Source: an uncultured Acidobacteriota bacterium (GTDB lineage: Bacteria; Acidobacteriota; Vicinamibacteria; Vicinamibacterales; CAVVIG01). From it: a stretch of DNA of 64,000 nucleotides. This document shows positions 34,832 to 42,367 of this stretch, in pieces. The position numbers and the translations under genes were made by a program. Each line of letters starts with the position of its first letter. Within the stretch, counting starts at the first letter, position 1. The notes under the pieces were generated by a model. The model saw only the letters and a list, made by a program, of their open reading frames with translations. It was not told the origin of the DNA and did no database searches. Where the stretch lies: the NCBI GenBank assembly GCA_963761615.1, contig CAVXGU010000004.1, forward strand, positions 607,537-671,536. Direction: 5' to 3'.

Positions 34832-35716
34832 ATGAAGTCCTATCGATATCCGGTTCTGTTCCTGTGCGCGGCGGTCGCCGTGGCCGGCGTCGTGCTGTCG
34901 GCGCAGCGGCTGCCCATCGAGCCCCCCAAGGCCTTCGGCACCAGCATCACCGGCGCCTTCGAGGGCTGGTTCGACAACCCGGGCGGCGGCGGGCGCGGCT
35001 TCCTGGTCGGCTATCTCAATCGCAACCTGCAGACGGACATCGACGTCCCGATCGGGCCCAACAACCGCATCGAGCCCGGCGGCCCCGACCAGGGCCAGCC
35101 GACGCACTTCCTGCACGGGCGCCGCTACGGCATGTTCGTCGTGCCCGTGCCGAAGGACTTCACGTCGGCGGACCAGCGGCTGACGTGGACCATCGTGGTG
35201 AACGGCCAGAGCACCGTGATCCCGCTCCGCCTGCACCCCGACTACGTCGTGAGTCCGTTCACCGACGTCGCCGTCGGCAACACGCCGCCCGTCGTCAGGC
35301 TCTCCGAGCACGGGCCGACCAGCCAGGGGCCCGTCGCCGCGATCGCGACCGCGGAGTCGCGGACGACGAGCGTGTCGCAGCCGCTGACCCTCGAGGTCTG
35401 GGCGACCGACGATGCCAAGTACACGAGCGGCACGAACGCGCCGATGCGGAACCCGCCGCCGCCGGTCCGGATGCTCTGGTCGCAGTTCCGCGGAACGGGC
35501 AAGGTGACGTTCGGCGCGGCCGAGCCCACGTTCGAGATCACCAAGGGCGGTCAGGTGGATCAGCCGTTCGAGGGCAAAGCCACGACGACGGCGACATTCA
35601 GCGCGCCGGGCGACTACTTCCTCCACGCCACGGTGAACGACTACTCGGGTGACGGCGGTGGCGGCGAGGTGTGCTGCTGGACGACGGCCATGCTGAAGGT
35701 GACGGTGACTCCGTAG
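34832..35716 (+). CDS. Secreted hypothetical protein, paralog of 1954..2850 (CCW-motif partner)
   Basis: ATG 34832. Signal peptide. Conserved blocks GWF(N/D).P, IGPNN..(Q/E)PGGPD.GQPTHFL, TPPVV, NDYSG, ..EVCCWTTAMLKVTVTP. Confidence 0.85.
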   Translation: MKSYRYPVLFLCAAVAVAGVVLSAQRLPIEPPKAFGTSITGAFEGWFDNPGGGGRGFLVGYLNRNLQTDIDVPIGPNNRIEPGGPDQGQPTHFLHGRRYGMFVVPVPKDFTSADQRLTWTIVVNGQSTVIPLRLHPDYVVSPFTDVAVGNTPPVVRLSEHGPTSQGPVAAIATAESRTTSVSQPLTLEVWATDDAKYTSGTNAPMRNPPPPVRMLWSQFRGTGKVTFGAAEPTFEITKGGQVDQPFEGKATTTATFSAPGDYFLHATVNDYSGDGGGGEVCCWTTAMLKVTVTP

Positions 35717-35730
35717 CGGCTCGAGGTCAC

Positions 35731-35818
35731 GGGCTCAAGGCTCTCGGCTCTGGGCTCTCGGCTCTCGGCGGAACACGATGCAGTGCGACACCGTGGTCGG
35801 CCCGGAGCCCGGAGCCCG
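35731..35818. repeat. Inverted arrays of 7-nt tandem repeats (GGCTCTN x5, then CCCGGAG x2-3) between convergent genes
   Basis: GGGCTCA AGGCTCT CGGCTCT GGGCTCT CGGCTCT at 35731-35765 and CCCGGAG CCCGGAG CCCG at 35801-35818. The arms are partly complementary (GGGCTC/GAGCCC blocks). Confidence 0.7.
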
Positions 35819-36577
35819 TCAGTCCCCCCGGCGGACGAGGCTCAGCAGATAGGCGGCGGTCGCGACCATGACGATGAGCGGGCCGCTCTCGCGGTGGAGC
35901 GTCGCGGCCATCCAGGCGCCGAGCGCCGTCGACAGGACGGCAACGGCCACCGACACGGCGAGCATCCCGTTCAGGTTCGTGGCCACCCGCTTGGCGGTCG
36001 CCGCCGGGACGATGATGAGCGCGCCCATCAGCAGGACGCCCAGGTAGCGCAGTCCCAGCGCGATCGTCAGGGCGAACATCTCCAGGTACAGCAGGTTCAG
36101 GCGCCTCACATTCACGCCCGCCGTGCGCGCGACGTCGGGTGAAATCAGCGCGACCACCAGGCTGTTGCGCTGGCGGAGGATGAAGGTGACGATCACGACG
36201 GACGCCACGGCCCCGAACACCAGCTCGGCCCGGCTGAGGGCGCCGACGCCGCCGAAGAGCGCGTCGACCAAGTCCTCGCCGGAGGTCGTCAGGCTCCCGA
36301 CGGCCAGCGCGGCCGAGAAGACGATGCCGATCACGGTCTCGGTGGCGGCGCGCGTCCGATCCTCGAGCGCCCAGACGAGCAGCGCGCCGAAGAAGAGCAT
36401 CGCGACCGCACCGAAGATCGGATGAATCCCGAGCGCCAGCGCCACGCCGATGCCGGGGAGCGCGACGTGCGAGAGCGGATCGGCGGCGAGCGCCATGCGC
36501 CGCATGACCGCGAAGCAGCCGACGAGGCCGGCCGCCACGGCCATCGCGAGCGCCAGGAGGAGGGCGTCAGCAGGCAT
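35819..36577 (-). CDS. Metal ABC transporter permease (ABC-3, ZnuB/MntB-like)
   Basis: Polytopic protein with the typical ABC-3 permease sequence (..DPLSHVALPGIG.., ..LIIVPAATA..). Confidence 0.85.
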   Translation of the reverse strand: MPADALLLALAMAVAAGLVGCFAVMRRMALAADPLSHVALPGIGVALALGIHPIFGAVAMLFFGALLVWALEDRTRAATETVIGIVFSAALAVGSLTTSGEDLVDALFGGVGALSRAELVFGAVASVVIVTFILRQRNSLVVALISPDVARTAGVNVRRLNLLYLEMFALTIALGLRYLGVLLMGALIIVPAATAKRVATNLNGMLAVSVAVAVLSTALGAWMAATLHRESGPLIVMVATAAYLLSLVRRGD

Positions 36578-36579
36578 GT

Positions 36580-37275
36580 TCAGTGTTCGTGGACGTGGTA
36601 CCCCACCGAGGTGCCGTACAGCTCCCGCAGCAGTTCGGGCGTGAGGATCGCCTGAGGGGGCCCGACGCAGGTCTGCATCCGGCCCAGGCAGAGCACCTGC
36701 GTCGCGTAGCGGTAGACGACCGACAGCTCGTGCGAGATGAAGAGCACCGTCAGGCCCTGCTCCTGCTGGAGCCGGCGGACGAGCTCGTTCAGCTGCTCCT
36801 GCCCCGGCTCGTCGACGCCCGCGGTCGGCTCGTCGAGCAGGAGCACCGTGGGGTCGCCGAGCAGCGCGAAGCCGACGAGCAGCCGCTGGAACTGTCCCCC
36901 CGAGAGAATGCCGATCGGCCGCGCCGCGACGTCGGGCGTCACGCCGACGAGCGACAGGATGCGCGAGAGGCCGGAATCGGCCTCACGCGCGATCGCCGCG
37001 CGGGCGCGGAGAAAGTCCATACCGGTGACCGGGACGTCGCGTTCGAGATCGAGCTTCTGCGGGACATACCCAATCCGCGTGCCGCGCCTCCACCGGATGG
37101 CGCCCTCGTAGGGCAGCGCTCCGATGAGCGCGCGGAACAGCACGGTCTTGCCGGCCCCGTTCGGCCCGAGGATGGCGAGCGACGTCCCGGGATCCACCTG
37201 AAATCCGAGGTCCGACAGCACGGTGGTCCTGCCGAACCGGACCGTGAGGTGGGCGACGTCGAGAATGGGTTCCAC
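36580..37275 (-). CDS. Metal ABC transporter ATP-binding protein (ZnuC/MntA-like)
   Basis: GPNGAGKT, LSGGQFQR, LLLDEPTAGVD. No cognate binding-protein gene is adjacent. Confidence 0.85.
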   Translation of the reverse strand: MEPILDVAHLTVRFGRTTVLSDLGFQVDPGTSLAILGPNGAGKTVLFRALIGALPYEGAIRWRRGTRIGYVPQKLDLERDVPVTGMDFLRARAAIAREADSGLSRILSLVGVTPDVAARPIGILSGGQFQRLLVGFALLGDPTVLLLDEPTAGVDEPGQEQLNELVRRLQQEQGLTVLFISHELSVVYRYATQVLCLGRMQTCVGPPQAILTPELLRELYGTSVGYHVHEH

Positions 37276-37292
37276 GGAGGGGTCAATTATAG

Positions 37293-37328
37293 GGTTCTCG
37301 AGGTTCTCGGGGTTCTCGAGGTTCTTCT
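37293..37328 (-). repeat. Array of four 9-nt tandem repeats (GGTTCTCGR on the + strand, i.e. YCGAGAACC on the - strand)
   Basis: GGTTCTCGA GGTTCTCGG GGTTCTCGA GGTTCTTCT at 37293-37328. Confidence 0.8.
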
Positions 37329-37566
37329 ACCCTCGAGCATTTGGGGCTTCGGCGGTCTTCAGGTAGCGCACCAGCCGGTTGCTGGCTTTCAGCGTCCGCA
37401 GGCACAGGCGCAGCAGGCGGTCGTAGCGTTCGTCGTCCAGATAGCCTCGATCGTGCGCCTCGGCGAGGTGGCACTTTGTCTCGTGCAGCGAGCCGTTCGC
37501 GATCGCCAGGAAGCGTGAGAATTCCCGCTTCGAACCGTCGCACGCCCACGGCGCCACGCGCGGCAC
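37327..37566 (-). pseudogene. N-terminally truncated four-helix-bundle protein (23S rRNA intervening-sequence protein family) remnant
   Basis: ..SKREFSRFLAIANGSLHETKCHLAEAHDRGYLDDERYDRLL.. matches the C-terminal half of the family. Only 79 codons remain and an in-frame stop lies 7 codons upstream of GTG 37566. The ~50 N-terminal residues have no room before the divergent gene. Confidence 0.55.
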
Positions 37567-37606
37567 GATTGGGGCCAGGAATTCTCAGTGGACCCGAAAA
37601 CGCGGC

Positions 37607-37633
37607 GAGAACCCCGAGAACCCTGAGAACCCC
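37607..37633 (+). repeat. Array of three 9-nt tandem repeats GAGAACCCY, inverted relative to 37293..37328
   Basis: GAGAACCCC GAGAACCCT GAGAACCCC at 37607-37633. Confidence 0.8.
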
Positions 37634-37697
37634 GACTGCCACGCTGGCAATTGCGAAGGAGGCCGACGATAATCGCGCCTGGGGCCAGGAGCGTGCG

Positions 37698-38438
37698 ATG
37701 GTAGTCGACGTCAACGGCATCGGTCTGCACTGGCAGTCCGTCGGAGAGGGAGAGCCGCTCCTCTGGCTGCACGGCGGGATGGGCTGTGGCGACGACTGGC
37801 GCCACGTCTTCCCGGAAGTTCCGGAGGGCTTCCGCCTGATCGCGCCGGATCTGCGCGGGCACGGCGCGTCGATCGACCCGTCCGGCGCGTTCACGTTCCG
37901 CCAGTGCGCCGACGACATCCTGGCCCTGCTCGATCACCTCGGTCTCGCGAGCGTCAAGGCCCTCGGACTGAGCGGCGGCGGGATCGTCCTGCTCCACATG
38001 GCCACCCGCCGCCCGTCCGCGATTACGTCGATGGTGATCGTCAGCGCCCCGCCGTACCTTCCGGAGGAGGCCCGGGCGATTCAACGTGCCTTCTCCGAAG
38101 CGTCGCTCACCGCGGACGACATGGCGCGGATGCGCCGGAGCCACACGGGCGGCGAGCCGCAGATCCGGCAGCTCGTCGAGACGATGCGCGGTCTGGCGGA
38201 CGGTTACGACGACGTCAACTTCACGCCGCCGTATCTGGGCACGATCACCGCCGACACCCTGATCGTCTTCGGCGACCGCGACCCGCTCTATCCCGTGTCG
38301 CTGGCCTTCGAGCTGCGCCGGGCGATCCCGCGCTCGACCCTCTGGGTCGTGCCGGGCGGTGGCCACGCTCCGGTGTTCGGCGAGCACGCCCAGCCGTTCA
38401 GGACGGCGGCGACGGCATTTCTGCGCGACCGCGCATGA
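37698..38438 (+). CDS. Alpha/beta hydrolase
   Basis: ATG 37698 after AGGAG. HGGMG oxyanion region, nucleophile elbow GLSGGG, C-terminal ..PGGGHAP. Confidence 0.85.
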   Translation: MVVDVNGIGLHWQSVGEGEPLLWLHGGMGCGDDWRHVFPEVPEGFRLIAPDLRGHGASIDPSGAFTFRQCADDILALLDHLGLASVKALGLSGGGIVLLHMATRRPSAITSMVIVSAPPYLPEEARAIQRAFSEASLTADDMARMRRSHTGGEPQIRQLVETMRGLADGYDDVNFTPPYLGTITADTLIVFGDRDPLYPVSLAFELRRAIPRSTLWVVPGGGHAPVFGEHAQPFRTAATAFLRDRA

Positions 38439-38452
38439 ACGCGACGCCGTCG

Positions 38453-38503
38453 GAGCACCGAGAACCCCGAGAACCCCGAGCACCCCGAGAACCCCGAGAA
38501 CCC
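38453..38503 (+). repeat. Array of six 9-nt-type tandem repeats GAG(A/C)ACCCC immediately upstream of the USP gene
   Basis: GAGCACC GAGAACCCC GAGAACCCC GAGCACCCC GAGAACCCC GAGAACCC at 38453-38503. Confidence 0.8.
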
Positions 38504-38520
38504 GGGGTAGAGTATTGACA

Positions 38521-39441
38521 ATGGATATCAAACGGATTCTGTGTCCGACCGATTTTTCGGAGACGTCGGCGCACGCGGCGGCGCAGGCCATGGCGATCGC
38601 GTCGTGGTACCACGCGCGCGTGACGGCGCTGCACGTGCTCAGCTCGCTCACGGTCGCGGTGCCTGGCCTCGCGACGGTCCACATGAAGGAAGGCGCCGTC
38701 AACGACGCCGACGTGCGCCAGATGGCCCGCAAGGAGATCGTCGAGACGTTCGCGGCCAACGGCCCCGCCGGCGTGGAGGTGGAACCGCTGGTGGACTCGG
38801 GCGATCCGACGCAGCGCATCCTCGAGTGCGCGCTGGGGCTGCCCGCGGACCTGATCGTCATGGGCACGCACGGACTCGGCGGCTTCGAGCACTTCGTCCT
38901 GGGCTCGGTCACCGAGAAGGTGCTGCGCAAGGCGCCGTGCCCCGTGCTCACAGTGCCGCCCCGCGCCCAGACCCGCGCGCGGCTGCCGTTCAAGCGCCTG
39001 CTCTGCGCGGTGGACTTCTCCGAGTCGTCCCTGCAGGCCGTGCAGCTGGCGGCCTCGCTCGCCAAGGAGTCGGACGCCGAGCTCGACCTGCTGCACGTGA
39101 TCGAGTGGCCGTGGACGGAGCCGCCGGCCCCGGACTTCGCCGCGATCCCGCCGGAGCAGGCGCTGGCGCTCGCCGAGTTCCGCCGCTACAGCGAAGAGAC
39201 CGCGGCGTCGCGCCTCGAGAGCCTCGTGCCGACCGGGCCCGGGGCCTCCCGCCGCCCCGTCGCCAGAGTGACCAACGGCAAGCCGTACGTCCAGATCCTG
39301 GACGTCGCCAGCGAAGAGCACGTCGACCTCATCGTCATCGGCGTTCACGGGCACAACGTGCTGGACCGGGCGTTCTTCGGATCGACGGTCAACCAGGTCG
39401 TGCGCCGGGCGAGCTGTCCGGTGCTCACTCTGCGGCAGTAG
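38521..39441 (+). CDS. Universal stress protein with tandem USP domains
   Basis: MDIKRILCPTDFSETS.. and a second ..KRLLCAVDFSESS.. domain. Each ends in a G-x2-G-x9-GS(V/T) ATP-binding-type motif (GTHGLGGFEHFVLGSVTEKV; GVHGHNVLDRAFFGSTVNQV). Confidence 0.9.
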   Translation: MDIKRILCPTDFSETSAHAAAQAMAIASWYHARVTALHVLSSLTVAVPGLATVHMKEGAVNDADVRQMARKEIVETFAANGPAGVEVEPLVDSGDPTQRILECALGLPADLIVMGTHGLGGFEHFVLGSVTEKVLRKAPCPVLTVPPRAQTRARLPFKRLLCAVDFSESSLQAVQLAASLAKESDAELDLLHVIEWPWTEPPAPDFAAIPPEQALALAEFRRYSEETAASRLESLVPTGPGASRRPVARVTNGKPYVQILDVASEEHVDLIVIGVHGHNVLDRAFFGSTVNQVVRRASCPVLTLRQ

Positions 39442-41875
39442 GCGCGGCCCCTTTCGCGGCGGCCGCCCCGGCGCCGGCCTCGGCCGCCGCGACGCGGAAC
39501 GTGGTGGCGACGGCGACGTCCGGATTGAGCGAGATCGAGTCGATGCCCTCGCCGACCAGCCAGGCCGCGAAGTCGGGATAGTCCGACGGCGCCTGACCGC
39601 AGATTCCGATCGGCTTGTGCAGCTTGCGCGCCGCCGCGATGGCACGTGCGATCATCCAGCGTACGGCCTCGTTGCGCTCGTCGAACAGGCGGGCCACGGT
39701 GCCCGAGTCGCGGTCGAGGCCGAGCGTCAGCTGCGTGAGGTCGTTCGACCCGATGGAGAAGCCGTCGAACACCTGGAGGAAGGCCTCGGCCAGGATGGCG
39801 TTCGACGGGACCTCGCACATCGCGTAGATCTCGAGGCCGTCCTCGCCCTGCCGCAGCCCGTTGGCCGCCATGACCTCGATGACGCGGCGGCCTTCGTCCA
39901 CGGTGCGGCAGAACGGGATCATCACCTTGATGTTGGTCAGACCCAGCTCGCCGCGCGCGCGTCGGATGGCGGCGCACTCGAGGGCGAATCCCTCCGCGTA
40001 GCGCTCGTCGTAGTACCGGGAGGCCCCGCGGAAGCCCAGCATCGGGTTCTCCTCGGCCGGCTCGAACTCCCCCCCGCCCACGAGCTGCGCGTACTCGTTG
40101 GTCTTGAAGTCGCTCATCCGCACGATCACCGGCTTGGGATAGAACGCTGCCGCGAGGCGTCCGATGCCCTCGCTGAACCGCCGGACGAAGAAGTCGCCGG
40201 CCGCCTCGGGGCCGATCCGGGCCGCGATGTCCTTGACGACCTGCGGATCCTTCAGGCGCGGATAGCGCACGAGCGCCATCGGGTGGATGCCGATGTGGTT
40301 GGTGATGACGAACTCGGCGCGCGCCAGGCCCACGCCCTGGTTGGGGATGCGGGCCAGGTCGAAGGCGCGGCTCGGATCGCCGACGATCAGCATCACGTGC
40401 GTGCGGGTCTGGGGCACGCGCGAGGCATCGACGCGCGCGACCTCGAACGGCACTCGACCGGCGTAGACGTGGCCTTCGGCGCCTTCGGCGCAGCAGACCG
40501 TCACGTCGGCGCCGCTCTGCAGCGTGCGCGTCGCGTTCTCGGTGCCGACGATGCACGGGAGGCCGAACTCGCGGGACACGATGGCCGCGTGGGCGGTGCG
40601 CCCGCCCTTGTCGGTAACGATGGCCGACACGCGGCGCATCACCGGCTCCCAGTCCGGATCGGTCATCTCGGCGACCAGCACGTCGCCATCCTGGACGGCG
40701 TCGAGGGCCGACACCTCCCGCACCACCCGCACGCGTCCGCTGCCGATGCGCTCACCCACGGCCTGGCCGCGCACGAGCGGTTCGCCGGGCTTGGCCGTCA
40801 GGTGGTACACCTCCGCCACGGACGTGTGCGCCCTGGCGGAGTGTACGGTCTCGGGCCGCGCCTGGACGATGAACAGCTGGCCCGTGAGGCCGTCCTTGGC
40901 CCACTCGATGTCCATCGGCTGCGCGTGCCCCGCGAGCGTCGAGTAGTGCTCTTCGATCAGGCAGGCCCACCGCGCCAGCGTCAGCACGTCGTCGTCGCCC
41001 AGGCAGAAGCGCGCGCGCTCGTCGGCGGGCGTCGGCTCGCTGCGCGTGGCCTTGGTACCGCCGGCGTAGACGAGGCGCACCTCCTTGGTGCCCAGGCTCC
41101 GGCTGACGATCGCGCGATGTCCGGTCGCGAGCGTCGGCTTGAACACCGTCCACTCGTCAGGCGTGACGACGCCCTGGACGATGAACTCGCCGAGGCCGTA
41201 GACCCCGGAGACCGTGACGACGTCCCGGAAACCGGACTCGGTGTCCAGCGTGAAGATCACGCCGGAGCTCGCCTTGTCGGAGCGCACCATGGGCATGACG
41301 CCGACCGAGAGCGCGACCTTGAGCTGGTCGTAGCCGAGCCGCGCCCGGTAGCTGATCGCGCGATCCGTGAAGAGCGACGAGTAGCACGCCTGGACGGCGC
41401 GGAGCAGACCTTCGCGCCCGCGGACGTTGAGGAAGGTCTCGGCCGCTCCGGCGAAGGACGCCTCGGGCAGGTCCTCGGCGGTGGCCGACGAGCGGACGGC
41501 GAGCTCCGGCTCGCGTCCCGCGCGCGCGCACAGCCGGTCGTAGCCGGCGAGGATGGACGTGCGCAGGCTGTCGGGCAGGGTCGTCTCGAGCACGGCCGCC
41601 CGGGCGGCCTCGCCGCGGTGGGCGAGCTCGGCGAGGTTCTCGGCGTCGAAGGTCGAGAAGATCGACTGCAGGCGGGCCCGGAGGCCGCCGGCGTCGAGCA
41701 GACGCCAGTACGCGTCGGCGGTGGTGGCGAAGCCGTCGAGCACGCCGACGCCCCTGGGCTGGAGCGCTCGGAAGAGCTCGCCGAGCGACGCATTCTTCCC
41801 GCCGACGCGCGGAAGGTCGGCCAGCGTGATGTCGGCGAAGTCGAGCACGTCGGGTGCGGGCGATGGGGGTGTCAT
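39425..41875 (-). CDS. ppsA: Phosphoenolpyruvate synthase (pyruvate, water dikinase)
   Basis: ATG 41875. N-terminal LPRVGGKNASLGE, phosphohistidine motif GGRTAHAAIVSREFGLPCIVG, C-terminal PEP-utilising TIM barrel (..GFSIGSNDLTQL..). The 3' end overlaps the USP gene by 17 nt. Confidence 0.9.
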   Translation of the reverse strand: MTPPSPAPDVLDFADITLADLPRVGGKNASLGELFRALQPRGVGVLDGFATTADAYWRLLDAGGLRARLQSIFSTFDAENLAELAHRGEAARAAVLETTLPDSLRTSILAGYDRLCARAGREPELAVRSSATAEDLPEASFAGAAETFLNVRGREGLLRAVQACYSSLFTDRAISYRARLGYDQLKVALSVGVMPMVRSDKASSGVIFTLDTESGFRDVVTVSGVYGLGEFIVQGVVTPDEWTVFKPTLATGHRAIVSRSLGTKEVRLVYAGGTKATRSEPTPADERARFCLGDDDVLTLARWACLIEEHYSTLAGHAQPMDIEWAKDGLTGQLFIVQARPETVHSARAHTSVAEVYHLTAKPGEPLVRGQAVGERIGSGRVRVVREVSALDAVQDGDVLVAEMTDPDWEPVMRRVSAIVTDKGGRTAHAAIVSREFGLPCIVGTENATRTLQSGADVTVCCAEGAEGHVYAGRVPFEVARVDASRVPQTRTHVMLIVGDPSRAFDLARIPNQGVGLARAEFVITNHIGIHPMALVRYPRLKDPQVVKDIAARIGPEAAGDFFVRRFSEGIGRLAAAFYPKPVIVRMSDFKTNEYAQLVGGGEFEPAEENPMLGFRGASRYYDERYAEGFALECAAIRRARGELGLTNIKVMIPFCRTVDEGRRVIEVMAANGLRQGEDGLEIYAMCEVPSNAILAEAFLQVFDGFSIGSNDLTQLTLGLDRDSGTVARLFDERNEAVRWMIARAIAAARKLHKPIGICGQAPSDYPDFAAWLVGEGIDSISLNPDVAVATTFRVAAAEAGAGAAAAKGAAPTAAE

Positions 41876-42095
41876 GTCGAAGCTCCAGTGTTCGCGCGTG
41901 CGCCGCGGGTGTCTGTGGATGTCAGCGTCGACCGCTGCAAGATCGTCTCCCGGGACGATGGCGCCGGTGCGCCTGCGGACACGGGATTTGACGGGATTCC
42001 GACGCGTCGGGTCTCGAAGCCCGGCGGATCGTCGACAGCGGGCGCATTTGCGCCAGCACGGGTCTTGCGTCAGCCTGTAGGCAGGGAGGTTCCCC

Positions 42096-42278
42096 ATGCA
42101 GCTCCAGCTGAGTGACACCGAAGCCGGCATCCTCAGGGATGTCCTGAGCGATTACCTGTCGGGCCTGAAGCGGGAAGTCGCGCGCACCGAACAGCACGAA
42201 TACCGCCACATGCTGGTTCAGCGGCAGGAGCTCTGCGAGCGCCTGTTCAAGCAGCTGGGGGCCGGCGCGGCGACGTAA
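42096..42278 (+). CDS. Small (60 aa) helical hypothetical protein
   Basis: ATG 42096 preceded by GGGAGG. GC3-rich codon usage like its neighbours. Amphipathic-helix-like sequence MQLQLSDTEAGILRDVLSDYLSGLKREVARTEQHEYRHML.. No family recognised. Confidence 0.5.
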   Translation: MQLQLSDTEAGILRDVLSDYLSGLKREVARTEQHEYRHMLVQRQELCERLFKQLGAGAAT

Positions 42279-42367
42279 GGGCGGGCAGCCGCCACCAGAC
42301 AGGCCTTGGCCGATCCGGCCGGCGCGTATTAACCTTCCACGCCGTGAACAACGCAGGTCGGGCCTGA

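Noticed and set aside
37283-38521. ORFs translating the nonamer arrays as PREPREP-type peptides (37283..37918 minus, 38288..38521 minus, 37904..38518 plus)
   Set aside because: They run antisense to or out of frame with the alpha/beta hydrolase gene. They owe their openness to GC richness, and the arrays sit in intergenic positions.
39617-42115. 832-aa plus-strand ORF opposite ppsA
   Set aside because: Antisense artefact. ppsA on the minus strand has the GGKNASLGE and GGRTAHAAIVSRE motifs.
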